Below are positions 39,196-48,704 of a stretch of 64,000 nt of DNA, piece by piece (position 1 is the first letter of the stretch; each line of letters begins with the position of its first letter). Both the position numbers and the translations under genes were made by a program. Under the pieces are notes generated by a model, which saw only the letters and a program-made list of their open reading frames with translations, ran no database searches and was not told the DNA's origin. Source of the DNA: Verrucomicrobiaceae bacterium (lineage in GTDB: Bacteria > Verrucomicrobiota > Verrucomicrobiia > Verrucomicrobiales > Akkermansiaceae); NCBI GenBank assembly GCA_051252135.1, contig JBPOGH010000005.1, positions 96,001 to 160,000 on the forward strand. The letters run 5' to 3'.

Positions 39196-39855
39196 ATGTC
39201 ACTCAATCAAACCCTCAACGAGGCGCTCGAAAGCGGCATCAACCAAATCGGCCAGCTCCGTATCCTCCGCGATCACCCCGCCGCCCCCATCGTCCTCTGT
39301 CACCTCGATGACCTCGAAAATGTGACCGCCAACGAACTCTCCTCACTTTCCACTCACACCGACCCCGACGCCGCCCGCGAGCTCGGCCTCTACACTCCCC
39401 AGGGAGAATACCGCTTCACCAAGGGCGAACTCTCCCTTCCCTCCGGATGGGTCTTCCTCCTCCAAAATATCGACGAACTCCGCCGCACCCTCGACCTCTT
39501 CTACCCCGCCTCCCTCGGCCTCTGGAAAGCCTGGCAGGACGGAACCATCCGCATTCAAAATCTCCGCGATAAGCTCAACCGCCAATCCGGCATGTACCGC
39601 CACAGCCGAAATGTCTCGGACCCCGGCGCCCAGCACCTCGTCAAAACCCTCTGCGGCCCCGCCAACAAGTGCGTTAAAAAAATCCTCTGGCAAATCGACG
39701 AAAACACCCCGCTCGAGCCCAGCGAAGCCTCACAATTCGACGGCACCCTCCCCGGCGGAAACGCCATCCCCCTCGTCTGCCAGGAAGCCTGTAACTTCTT
39801 CGTCGCCGAATGCCGCAAGCAGTCCAAAAAGGAATTCGAGGAATCCCAGGTGTAA
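39196..39855 (+). CDS. DR2241-like putative Fe-S cluster protein
   Basis: GEYRF...LPSGW, FYPAS, RQSGMY, Cys cluster CGPANKC...CQEAC; directly follows the CbiX-like gene. Confidence 0.7.
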   Translation: MSLNQTLNEALESGINQIGQLRILRDHPAAPIVLCHLDDLENVTANELSSLSTHTDPDAARELGLYTPQGEYRFTKGELSLPSGWVFLLQNIDELRRTLDLFYPASLGLWKAWQDGTIRIQNLRDKLNRQSGMYRHSRNVSDPGAQHLVKTLCGPANKCVKKILWQIDENTPLEPSEASQFDGTLPGGNAIPLVCQEACNFFVAECRKQSKKEFEESQV

Positions 39856-39900
39856 AAAACCATTGCCTTTCTCTCCTTCTCCAGTCGGAATCATCTCCGC

Positions 39901-40815
39901 ATGGCAGATTCTCCCGCACTCGTCGTTCTCGCAGCAGGCATGGGCTCCCGTTACGGTGGCCTCAAACAAATGGACCCCATGGGCCCCAACGGTGAAACCG
40001 TCCTCGATTACTCCGTCTTCGACGCCATCCGCGCCGGATTCTCCAAAGTCATTTTCGTCATCCGCGAGGACTTCGCCGATGCCTTCCGCGAAACCGTAGG
40101 TGCCCGCTTCGCTGGAAAAATCGACGTTGCCTACGCCTTCCAGAAACTCGACGACCTCCCCGCCGGATTCTCCGTCCCCGAAGGCCGCGAAAAACCCTGG
40201 GGCACCACCCACGCCATCCGCGCCGCCCGGCACGAGATCGACCGCCCCTTCGCCGTCATCAATGCCGATGACTTCTACGGAAAAGACGCCTACGGACAGG
40301 CTGCCTCCTTCCTCACCAGCAACCCCATCGATGATGGCCTCGCCCACTACGCCCTCGTCGGCTACCAACTCGTCAACACCCTTTCCGATCACGGCTCCGT
40401 CAACCGCGGCATCTGCCAAACCGAAAACAACCTTCTCAAAGGCGTCGAGGAAGTCGTCAACATCGCCCGCAAGGACGACAACGAAATCGAAGGCCGCGCC
40501 CTGGACGGCTCCGCCTGCCTCGTCGCAGAAAATGCCATTGTCTCCATGAACCTCTGGGGATTCCCCGTCAGCTTCCTCGATGAAATCGAGACCCACTTCA
40601 CCCAATTCCTCAAGGACCACGGCACCGAGCCCAAAAGCGAGTGCTACATCCCCACCGTCGTTGATGACCTCATTAACGAAAATGTCGCCGCCTGCCATGT
40701 CCTCGAAACCTCATCCTCCTGGTTCGGCGTCACCTACCCCGAGGACAAACCACACGTCGTCCAAAGCATCCAGACCCTGGTCGACTCCGGCGAATACCCT
40801 TCGCCCCTCGTTTAA
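39901..40815 (+). CDS. Sugar-phosphate nucleotidyltransferase family protein
   Basis: LAAGMGSRYGGLKQ, REKPWGT, VINADDFYG, WFGVTY. Confidence 0.88.
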   Translation: MADSPALVVLAAGMGSRYGGLKQMDPMGPNGETVLDYSVFDAIRAGFSKVIFVIREDFADAFRETVGARFAGKIDVAYAFQKLDDLPAGFSVPEGREKPWGTTHAIRAARHEIDRPFAVINADDFYGKDAYGQAASFLTSNPIDDGLAHYALVGYQLVNTLSDHGSVNRGICQTENNLLKGVEEVVNIARKDDNEIEGRALDGSACLVAENAIVSMNLWGFPVSFLDEIETHFTQFLKDHGTEPKSECYIPTVVDDLINENVAACHVLETSSSWFGVTYPEDKPHVVQSIQTLVDSGEYPSPLV

Positions 40816-41543
40816 AAAAGCCGTCCCTGACCGGAACTCTTGATCTCGGGCATCGCCGGGCGCGTCGCCCCGCCGTCTTCGCGCACCCCAAGTGTCGCGA
40901 TCTCATAGATCACCCGCTTCCGGCCCTTCCCCGTCGCCGCAATCTTGCGCACAATCCGCGTGCCCAGAACCTTCTCCATCATCTGCACCTCCATCCGCAC
41001 CGCATTCGGATACACCTCGTAAATCTTCGCGAGAGGATTGTGGAACTCCTCAATCCGGAATCCTGACTCCGGATCGTAGTGACACCGGCTAAACCATCCC
41101 TCCTTGTCCCGCACATCCGCAAGACGCGTCGCCTTCTCCACCATCGATTTCCCCGCCCGCACCTTCGCCAGCCACCGCTCCTGCAACTGATGGAAATGAT
41201 GAAACAGTAACTTCTCCGGAGCCGACTCTCCATAGACCGACTTCACCGATTCCAGCACCGACAAACTCAACTCCACACCCGCCGAGGGAAAAAGCGAATC
41301 ACACTTCCTCGTCAACCGATAAAGCTTTTCCGGCCGCCCCACCTCCTTCTTCTCCCGCGGCACCCGCCACTCCTCCAAATACCCCATCTCCGTAAGCTTC
41401 AGACAATGCTGCTTGATCCCCATGTAACTCTTCCCCAACTCTCGGGACAAATCCGAAATGGGCATCCCGTCCGAGCGCTTCAAAGCTGCCAATATATCGG
41501 CATACGACGAACGCATCGTGTCCTGATGAGCTTGGTCAAACAT
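40812..41543 (-). CDS. Winged-HTH transcriptional regulator (ArsR/SufR-like)
   Basis: ISDLSRELGKSYMGIKQH HTH, VGRPEKLYRLT wing, EFHNP sensory region. Confidence 0.8.
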   Translation of the reverse strand: MFDQAHQDTMRSSYADILAALKRSDGMPISDLSRELGKSYMGIKQHCLKLTEMGYLEEWRVPREKKEVGRPEKLYRLTRKCDSLFPSAGVELSLSVLESVKSVYGESAPEKLLFHHFHQLQERWLAKVRAGKSMVEKATRLADVRDKEGWFSRCHYDPESGFRIEEFHNPLAKIYEVYPNAVRMEVQMMEKVLGTRIVRKIAATGKGRKRVIYEIATLGVREDGGATRPAMPEIKSSGQGRLF

Positions 41544-41602
41544 GGGGGGATTGGAAGAATACCCCGAAAATTTATTTAAGACGACCAAAATATCGCCCAA
41601 CC

Positions 41603-41635
41603 CCCTTTTGACAACGCGAAAAAGGGCTCTAGAAT
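41603..41635 (+). promoter_or_regulatory. Near-consensus sigma70 promoter of the kamA-like gene overlapped by an inverted repeat
   Basis: TTGACA (41608-13)-16 nt-TAGAAT (41630-35); CCCTTTT-10nt-AAAAGGG at 41603-41626. Confidence 0.65.
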
Positions 41636-41644
41636 CCCATCAGT

Positions 41645-42796
41645 TTGAACGACCTGACCTTCACCTCACCTGCGCCCGGATACTGGGCGGGGGAAGACAT
41701 CTCGCCCAACGACTGGAACTCCCACACTTGGCAGCTCAAAAATAGCGTCAAATCGCTGGAGCAAATCGAGAAGCACCTCACCCTCTCCGAAGAAGAACGC
41801 GCCGGAATCCTCCTCACCGGCACCAAGCTTGCCACCTCGGTCACCCCCCACTTCTTCAACCTCATCCACCCCACCGACCCCAACTGCCCCATCCGGCGTC
41901 AGGTCATCCCCCGCATCGAGGAAACCTACGTCGACCCTTCCGAAATGGCCGACCCCTGCGGCGAGGACTCCCACATGCCCGTCCCCGGCCTCGTCCACCG
42001 CTACCCGGATCGCGTCCTCTTCCTCGTCACCGACCGCTGCGCCTCATACTGCCGCTACTGCACCCGCTCCCGCGTCGTCTCCGGCGTCTCCGAACAAAAG
42101 CTCGAAACCCAGTGGGACCAGGCCATCGAATACCTCAAAAAGACCCCCCAGGTCCGCGACGTCCTCCTCTCCGGCGGCGACCCCCTCCTCTTCTCTGACA
42201 ACAAGCTCGAGAAACTCCTCCGCCGCCTCCGCGAAATCCCACACATCCAGTTTCTCCGCATCGGCTCCCGCATCCCCATCTTCCTCCCACAACGCATCAC
42301 CCCGGAGCTCTGCGACATGCTCAAGCAGTTCCACCCCCTCTTCATCTCCATCCACTCCAACCACCCGGACGAGCTCACCAGCGAAGTCCGCGATGCCCTC
42401 GGCCGCCTCGCCGATGCCGGCATCCAGATGGGCAACCAATCCGTCCTCCTCAAGGACATCAATGACAGCGTCGAAGTCCAGCGCGACCTCGTCCACAAGC
42501 TCCTCATGTGCCGTGTCCGCCCCTACTACCTCTACCAGGCGGACCTCATCGAAGGCACCAAGCACCTCCGCACCGGCATCAACAAGGGACTCGAAATCAT
42601 CGAGGGCCTCCGCGGCCACACCACCGGCTACGGCATCCCCCAATACGTCGTCGATGGCCCCGGCGGCGGCGGAAAAATCCCCCTCAACCCCGAGTACGTC
42701 CTCGAACGAAATGCCGAACGCGTCATCCTTCGAAACTACGAAGGCAAAAAATTCATCTACCCGGAGCCGACAGAGAATCCGGTGCCAACCAGCTGA
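41645..42796 (+). CDS. KamA-family radical SAM/PLP aminomutase (lysine 2,3-aminomutase-like)
   Basis: HRYPDRVL, CASYCRYC, LLSGGDPL, NQSVLL, PYYLYQ, PGGGGKIP; TTG start. Confidence 0.9.
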   Translation: MNDLTFTSPAPGYWAGEDISPNDWNSHTWQLKNSVKSLEQIEKHLTLSEEERAGILLTGTKLATSVTPHFFNLIHPTDPNCPIRRQVIPRIEETYVDPSEMADPCGEDSHMPVPGLVHRYPDRVLFLVTDRCASYCRYCTRSRVVSGVSEQKLETQWDQAIEYLKKTPQVRDVLLSGGDPLLFSDNKLEKLLRRLREIPHIQFLRIGSRIPIFLPQRITPELCDMLKQFHPLFISIHSNHPDELTSEVRDALGRLADAGIQMGNQSVLLKDINDSVEVQRDLVHKLLMCRVRPYYLYQADLIEGTKHLRTGINKGLEIIEGLRGHTTGYGIPQYVVDGPGGGGKIPLNPEYVLERNAERVILRNYEGKKFIYPEPTENPVPTS

Positions 42797-43181
42797 ACAC
42801 CTCGACATTCCTGATCACTCCAAAAATAATCAGCGAGATCAGGCAGAACCATAACCAGTTCACATGAAACCGTGGCCCCTTCAACCGGGGCCACTTCTCT
42901 TTGGCCGCCATCCACGTCAAGACCGGCAGCCCCACAAGAATCACCAGCGTGAACCACGCATGATTCCCCATCGCCTCCCCAATCCGCAGATTCACCAAGC
43001 CCGCGGCCGCCCGTGTCCCGCCGCAACCGGGACAAAAGTGACCCGTAAAATTATAAATCGGACAACCCGGCAACCCCTCCTCAATCGAAGGATAAACCAG
43101 CCGAAAGAGCACCAGAATAATCAGAATCAGAGGCACCCACAAAACAAAGCGGGGCCACTTCCCCGCCCGCTCACTCACCAC
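42753..43181 (-). CDS. DUF2752 family membrane protein
   Basis: CPIYNFTGHFCPGCGGTRA, C-terminal VIRN. Confidence 0.85.
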   Translation of the reverse strand: MVSERAGKWPRFVLWVPLILIILVLFRLVYPSIEEGLPGCPIYNFTGHFCPGCGGTRAAAGLVNLRIGEAMGNHAWFTLVILVGLPVLTWMAAKEKWPRLKGPRFHVNWLWFCLISLIIFGVIRNVEVFSWLAPDSLSAPGR

Positions 43182-43779
43182 TCTCGCTCTCCATCTCCCG
43201 CTCGACTTTCTCCACCCGGTCTATCCGCTCCTGCTGCTGGCGTTCCGCTTCTTCCATCGCCTCCTTCATAAAGCCGTCCTTCGAATTGAAGGCGAACACG
43301 ATGAACCCAATCATCACCAACGAAAGCAAGCTCCCAAGGTAACCACAGATCAACCCCGCAATCGCCATTCCTCGTCCTCCCACCGGATTCTGGGGATCAG
43401 CAGTCCGCTTCATCGCCATGTGCCCGCAAATCACCGCCGGGATTCCAAAAAGGATCCCCACATACATGCAGCTCGATACAATCGCTAAAATCCCACAGAC
43501 CAAAGCCGCAATCGCCAATCCGCTCGTCGGGATCGAACTCATCGCCGGAGTCACCCCCCCCACCGGATTACTCGCCGGTGACGCATAAGGTGACGTGGAC
43601 CCACCGGCCGGCGCCGAAGCAACCTCCCCGGTCTGGCTCAGAGGGATCCATTGGGCCATCCCCTCCTTCCACACCAGATCACTTGGAGCGATCTCTCCGG
43701 TCGCAATTCTCGCCCGAAAAGTGGCCTCATCGATCGGACCATATTGCTGGCCTTCGCGACCGTAAAACCACTCACTCAT
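43171..43779 (-). CDS. GYF_2 (DUF4339) + DUF4190 membrane protein
   Basis: WFYGREGQQYGP...LVWKEGMAQW; SGLAIAALVCG...GRGMAIAGLICG. Confidence 0.85.
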   Translation of the reverse strand: MSEWFYGREGQQYGPIDEATFRARIATGEIAPSDLVWKEGMAQWIPLSQTGEVASAPAGGSTSPYASPASNPVGGVTPAMSSIPTSGLAIAALVCGILAIVSSCMYVGILFGIPAVICGHMAMKRTADPQNPVGGRGMAIAGLICGYLGSLLSLVMIGFIVFAFNSKDGFMKEAMEEAERQQQERIDRVEKVEREMESESGE

Positions 43780-43781
43780 CG

Positions 43782-44558
43782 TTACATTCCCATGATTTGA
43801 TATCCGCCATCAACATAGATGACCTGACCGGTGATCGACGCCGCACCTTCGCTGGCAAGGAAAACACCCGTGGAACCCAACTCCTCCGGAGTGCAGGAAC
43901 GTCCCAGTGGAGCATGCTCCTCGTAATGCTTGATCATCGAACCAAATCCCGAAATCCCGCGGGCCGCCAGCGTCTGGACCGGACCTGCACTGATGCAATT
44001 GACCCGAATCTTCTTCGCTCCCAAATCAGCCGCCAAATAACGGGTCGAAGCCTCAAGGCTCGCCTTGGCCACACCCATCACATTGTAGTGGGGCACCACC
44101 TTGGCCGCTCCATAATAGGTCATCGCCACAATGCTTCCACCATTCGTCATCATCGGCGCCGCCCGCTGGGCAAGAGCCACCAATGAATAAGCGCTGATGT
44201 CATGCGCAATCGCATACGCATCCCGTGTCGTGCTCACAAAGTCGCCTTCCAAAGCCTCCTTCGGCGCAAACGCCACCGAGTGCAGCACCAGATCAATCGT
44301 ATCCGTGTGCTTCTTGACGTTCTCAAAAAAGGCATCGATCTCCGCATCGCTGGTCACATCACAAGGATACAGGGCCACATCATCGCCAAAGGTCCCGGCG
44401 AGCTGCTCCACGTTGTCCTTCAGGCGATCCCCCTGATAATTGAAAATCAATTTCGCTCCCGCATCGGCCCACGCCTTCGCGATCGCCCATGCAATGCTTC
44501 GCTTGTTGGCGACTCCAAAAATCACCGCTGTCTTTCCGCTCAATGGCTGGTCACTCAT
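43782..44558 (-). CDS. fabI: Enoyl-ACP reductase
   Basis: GVANKRSIAWAIA, HSVAFA, YNVMGVAKASLE, ISAGPVQTLAA. Confidence 0.95.
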   Translation of the reverse strand: MSDQPLSGKTAVIFGVANKRSIAWAIAKAWADAGAKLIFNYQGDRLKDNVEQLAGTFGDDVALYPCDVTSDAEIDAFFENVKKHTDTIDLVLHSVAFAPKEALEGDFVSTTRDAYAIAHDISAYSLVALAQRAAPMMTNGGSIVAMTYYGAAKVVPHYNVMGVAKASLEASTRYLAADLGAKKIRVNCISAGPVQTLAARGISGFGSMIKHYEEHAPLGRSCTPEELGSTGVFLASEGAASITGQVIYVDGGYQIMGM

Positions 44559-44606
44559 TGACAAGAGCATCCCCCAGCAACCTTCCTTTGACAATCCGAA
44601 AGACAC

Positions 44607-45425
44607 CTACCATTCCGCAGGATCAAGCCCGTAGTAATCCTTCATCTCTCGGTAAAGATCGGGATACCGCTTCCGCAGCTTCTTCCCCTTCTCAAAAAAG
44701 GTCTCCGACCCCACCGCAAAAAACTCCGCCGGATTCGTTGCCCCATAGTGATCCAGAACCGTCCTCTTCCCTTCCTCAATCCTCTCGATGAACTCTTCAT
44801 AAGCCTCCCCGAACGCCTCCGCCCAATCACGATAGTCCGATTTCTCCGGCAAAATCGGCACCCCGACACTCCCCTCATTTTCCTGATCCAACTGATGGGA
44901 AAATTCATGAATCACCACATTGCGCCCATCCCCCGGATCCTCCCCTCCCTTCACCACACTCTTCCACGACAACACAATGCTCCCCGAGTTCCAGCTCTCC
45001 CCAAGCCGCGCCTCATGATCCCCCTCCTCATTCTCCACCGTGTAAGTATCCGGATAAATCAGAACACTCTTCAACAGCGGAAAATATCGATGCTCGCGCC
45101 CCACCAAAAGAAGCGCCGCCTGCGCCATAATCACCAACTTCATCTCCCGCGTCACCTCCTCCAGTCCCCCACAGGCCTCAAAATTCGTCTCCGCAATCAA
45201 CACCTCCACAATCCCCTCCAACTTCTCCCGCATCCCCGGAGGCACCGCTTTCACAATCCGCGCCTTCTCCCCCAAAACCTCCCAATCCCCCGCACTCAGC
45301 CGCAATTTACTCAGCGTCTCCCGATTCTCCATCCGCTCCCTCTTCCCCAAAATCTTCCAGAGCCAGATTCCAAAAAATCCCCCCAAAGCAATCCCCACCA
45401 CCCACCAAAGACTATTCTCCATCAT
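44607..45425 (-). CDS. MtfA/peptidase M90 family zinc-dependent protein
   Basis: NVVIHEFSHQLD, YGATNPAEFFAVGSETFFE. Confidence 0.88.
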   Translation of the reverse strand: MMENSLWWVVGIALGGFFGIWLWKILGKRERMENRETLSKLRLSAGDWEVLGEKARIVKAVPPGMREKLEGIVEVLIAETNFEACGGLEEVTREMKLVIMAQAALLLVGREHRYFPLLKSVLIYPDTYTVENEEGDHEARLGESWNSGSIVLSWKSVVKGGEDPGDGRNVVIHEFSHQLDQENEGSVGVPILPEKSDYRDWAEAFGEAYEEFIERIEEGKRTVLDHYGATNPAEFFAVGSETFFEKGKKLRKRYPDLYREMKDYYGLDPAEW

Positions 45426-46185
45426 GCTTATTCCATTTCAGAAGCTCCTCGTAGGTCACCCCGGTTCCACCGAACAAATCAAGCGCACTCCCCACCGTGG
45501 CATCCAACCGACCCCCACTCGCCTCATTGATCAACTTCAAATCCTCCAGCCCCCTCACCCCTCCCGCATAAGTCACCGGACACCCCTCCCAGCGCCCGAG
45601 CAGAGCCACTAGCTCCTCATCCACACCCGCACACTGCCCCTCCACGTCCGCCGCGTGGATCAAAAATTCCCCGCAATAATCCGCCAAATCGGAGAGGGTA
45701 TCCAAATCCACCTCCATCTCCGTGATCGTCTGCCAGCGGTTCATCGCCACCTTCCACCCATCCCCAACCCTCCGGCAGCTCAAATCCACAATCACCCGCT
45801 CCGCTCCCACCTCATCCGCCAGCGCAACCAACCGATCCTTTAAAAATCGTCCCTCCGCATCAAACAACCACGACGTCACAATCACCTGACCCGCTCCCGC
45901 ATCAAGCCACTCCCGCGCATTCTCCAGCGAAATCCCGCCCCCAATCTGAAGCCCGCCCGGCCACGTCGCCAACGCCTCCCGCGCCGCCTCCACATTCCCC
46001 GGCCCCAGTTGAATCACGTGCCCGCCCCGCAAATCATCCCCGCGAAACTTCTCCGCATACCACGATGGCGACTTCTCCGAAACAAAGTTCTCCACCGCCC
46101 CCTCATCATTGAGCGTCCCGCCCACAATTTGTTTCACTTTTCCCTCGTGGAGATCGATACATGGACGAAACTTCGTTGCCGGCAC
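45412..46185 (-). CDS. hisA: ProFAR isomerase, eukaryote (His6)-type
   Basis: FRPCIDLHEGKVKQIVGGTL, GGHVIQLG, LQIGGGI, VDLSCR, EFLIHAADVEG, TVGSALD. Confidence 0.88.
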   Translation of the reverse strand: MPATKFRPCIDLHEGKVKQIVGGTLNDEGAVENFVSEKSPSWYAEKFRGDDLRGGHVIQLGPGNVEAAREALATWPGGLQIGGGISLENAREWLDAGAGQVIVTSWLFDAEGRFLKDRLVALADEVGAERVIVDLSCRRVGDGWKVAMNRWQTITEMEVDLDTLSDLADYCGEFLIHAADVEGQCAGVDEELVALLGRWEGCPVTYAGGVRGLEDLKLINEASGGRLDATVGSALDLFGGTGVTYEELLKWNKHDGE

Positions 46186-46230
46186 GCTCGTAGTTAAACA
46201 AACAAAGACTCCATAAACCAAGACCTTCTC

Positions 46231-47274
46231 ATGCGACTTTTCCTCCCCCTTCTCACCATCCTCCCTCTCATGGCCGCCCCCGGGGACATGGTTCTCATCC
46301 CCGCCGGCACCTACACCCGTGGCACCCCCGTCGGCGAACTCGAGAGATTCCCCGAGGAAACCCCCCAGCATGAAGTCACCGTCGAGGAGTTCTATCTCGA
46401 CACCCATGAAGTCACCAACGCCCAATTCGCAAGGTTCGTCGAGGCCACCGGATACAAGACCCAGGCCGAACGCGGCTGGAGCCCAAAAGACTTCCCCCAG
46501 GCCCCTCCCGATAGCCTCAAACCCGGAGCCCTCATCTTCTCATCCCCTCCCAAGGAAGTCGAACTCTACCAACAGGGCGCCGAATGGCAGTGGTGGAAGT
46601 TTGTCGAAGGCGCCGACTGGAAACACCCCCTCGGACCCGATTCCAACATCAAGGACAAAGACAACCACCCCGTCGTCTGCGTCACATGGGAAGACGCCCA
46701 AGCCTACGCCAAATGGGCCGGAAAACGCCTCCCCACCGAAGCCGAATGGGAGCGCGCCGCCCGCGGTGGACTCGACAAGAAGACCTACGCCTGGGGCGAC
46801 GAATTCAAGCCAAACGAAGACAAATGGCCTGCCAACATCTTCACCGGGCACTTTCCCGATAACGACTCCGGGGTCGATGGCTACAAAGGCACCGCCCCCG
46901 TCAAAAGCTACGATCCCAACGCCTACGGACTCTACGACGTCGCCGGAAACGTCTGGGAACATTGCCAAGACCTCTACCGCCCGGACGCCTACGACATCTA
47001 CCTCAAAACCAAAAAGGCCCCCACCAAGGGCGTCAGCCAACCCATGATTGGCTACTTCCTCAACTACGGAAAATGGCCCGAGGACCAACCCCACCCACTC
47101 TCGGTCCTCCATGTCACCAAAGGTGGCTCCTACCTCTGCCACTACACCTACTGCCTCCGCTACCGCCCCGCAGCCCGCCACTACTCCGAGTCCCTCGCCC
47201 CCACCAATCACACCGGATTCCGCTGCGCCAAATCCAAAGAGGAACCTACCGAACCCTCTTCGGATAAAAAATAA
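46231..47274 (+). CDS. Formylglycine-generating enzyme (SUMF1/FGE) family protein with signal peptide
   Basis: HEVTNAQF, RLPTEAEWE, GLYDVAGNVWE, KGGSYLCHYTYCLRYR, HTGFRC. Confidence 0.88.
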   Translation: MRLFLPLLTILPLMAAPGDMVLIPAGTYTRGTPVGELERFPEETPQHEVTVEEFYLDTHEVTNAQFARFVEATGYKTQAERGWSPKDFPQAPPDSLKPGALIFSSPPKEVELYQQGAEWQWWKFVEGADWKHPLGPDSNIKDKDNHPVVCVTWEDAQAYAKWAGKRLPTEAEWERAARGGLDKKTYAWGDEFKPNEDKWPANIFTGHFPDNDSGVDGYKGTAPVKSYDPNAYGLYDVAGNVWEHCQDLYRPDAYDIYLKTKKAPTKGVSQPMIGYFLNYGKWPEDQPHPLSVLHVTKGGSYLCHYTYCLRYRPAARHYSESLAPTNHTGFRCAKSKEEPTEPSSDKK

Positions 47275-47379
47275 AAGGCCGACTCCCGCAGGCAACGCTC
47301 ACTCTCGGGTATTCCTGAACAATGCGAAAGTTGTACCCCCTCCAACCTTTCCGGCGGCTCACACTCCCATCTCCACCGG

Positions 47380-47727
47380 CTAATTCAGCCTCCGCTCCGT
47401 AAGCACCACCAAATCTCCCGCGCTGGGCTTCATCCCGAAAGGCGCGGAACCGGGCACAATCTCAATAATGGCCCGATCCGCATCAAAATCTCCCACCAGA
47501 ACCTCGCCCAGCGACTCTCCATCCCGCGTCATCAGAAACTTCGAGTTCCTCTCAAACGTGGATTGTTGATCCAGCTCAACAACCAAAAAACCCCAGGACG
47601 TGTTCACCGAAGAAATTGTCCCCCCGATTTCCACTCCCAAATCGGGCTCCTCCGGACTTACTTCGGATACCTGTGCCTCCTTGCAGGACCACCCGATCAA
47701 AACCACAAGAGGAAGGAAAAATTTCAT
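47380..47727 (-). CDS. Hypothetical lipoprotein; C-terminal-domain-only paralogue of the two upstream genes
   Basis: Lipobox-like IGWSC; SWGFLVV...TRDGESLG...GDLVVL. Confidence 0.75.
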   Translation of the reverse strand: MKFFLPLVVLIGWSCKEAQVSEVSPEEPDLGVEIGGTISSVNTSWGFLVVELDQQSTFERNSKFLMTRDGESLGEVLVGDFDADRAIIEIVPGSAPFGMKPSAGDLVVLTERRLN

Positions 47728-47808
47728 CCCCTCTGGATATCAGGCCGGAACCTTCGGTGAAAGCTGAATCTCCCCCGACTTCCCTGAACAATCAACCCAT
47801 CCGGCCAC

Positions 47809-47839
47809 AAAAAAAGGCGGCTCATACGAGCCGCCTTTT
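47809..47839 (-). terminator. Intrinsic terminator (potentially bidirectional)
   Basis: AAAAGGCGGCTC-atac-GAGCCGCCTTTT with a longer T run on the - strand. Confidence 0.85.
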
Positions 47840-47860
47840 GAAAATTAAAACCCAACAAAT

Positions 47861-48661
47861 CTAGTTGGCAGCGGTGTTCGCAAGAATCACCGAATCGCCG
47901 GGCTGCGGACGAACTCCGGGAGCAATGGACTCGGGAACCACCTCGGCAATTGCCTGGTTGGCCTCGAGAGAGGAAATAAGCACCTTACCAAGGCTGCGAC
48001 CGTCACGGGTGAGGATCAGCTTGGAATCACCGGAAAGACCGGACTTCTCGCCCGCATTGATCACCAGGAAACCCCACTCGTTGTTCACGGAAGCCACAGA
48101 TGCCTGGAAAGTGTTTCCGCTCACGCGGGCCTTACTCTCCTGAATCTTGTTGCTTACCCGAACAATCTCAGCCTGGGATTCGGTCACATTACGCTCAAGC
48201 TTCTCACGGATCAGGTCAAGTTCCTCAACCTTCTTGGTTTTGACATTCTTTTCTTCCCTGAGAGCATCCACGATTCCTGGAATCTCGTCCAACTCAACAT
48301 CCCCATCGAGCTGCTTCTTGATCTCAGCCACGAACTTGTCGACCTTGGCCACGCGGGCTTTCTCACTCGCAAGCCGGGACTCTTCCTGATCGAGAGTGCG
48401 CTTAAGGTCACCCTCTTTTGCTTTGGCGTTGTCAACCGATGCCACGGCCTCATCTTTACCGGACTGGGCGGCAGCGGTCGCTTCTTCCGCAGCTTTCTTG
48501 TTGTCGGTCTCGGTATTGATCGTTTTCGTCAGCTGCGTATTCTGCGCCTTCAGGGCATTACGGGCTTCAATTTTTTCTTCAGTCTTGGATTTGACCTGCC
48601 AGCCGAAAACACCGGCTGCGGCAATGGCAACCACTGCGATGATGTAGAGAATGTTTTTCAT
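47861..48661 (-). CDS. Membrane-anchored coiled-coil protein with C-terminal beta domain
   Basis: N-terminal TM, ~170 aa heptad-rich region, EWGFLVI...TRDGRSLG...PGDSVIL. Confidence 0.8.
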   Translation of the reverse strand: MKNILYIIAVVAIAAAGVFGWQVKSKTEEKIEARNALKAQNTQLTKTINTETDNKKAAEEATAAAQSGKDEAVASVDNAKAKEGDLKRTLDQEESRLASEKARVAKVDKFVAEIKKQLDGDVELDEIPGIVDALREEKNVKTKKVEELDLIREKLERNVTESQAEIVRVSNKIQESKARVSGNTFQASVASVNNEWGFLVINAGEKSGLSGDSKLILTRDGRSLGKVLISSLEANQAIAEVVPESIAPGVRPQPGDSVILANTAAN

Positions 48662-48704
48662 GATGTGAAAAGTTGGTGATTAGGTTCGATGTGGTTTGAA
48701 TCGC

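Noticed and set aside
47275..47379. Possible small structured RNA between convergent genes (GGGTA...ACAAT-gcgaaa-GTTGT-ACCC)
   Set aside because: Short imperfect stems, no promoter or terminator, no recognisable family motif.
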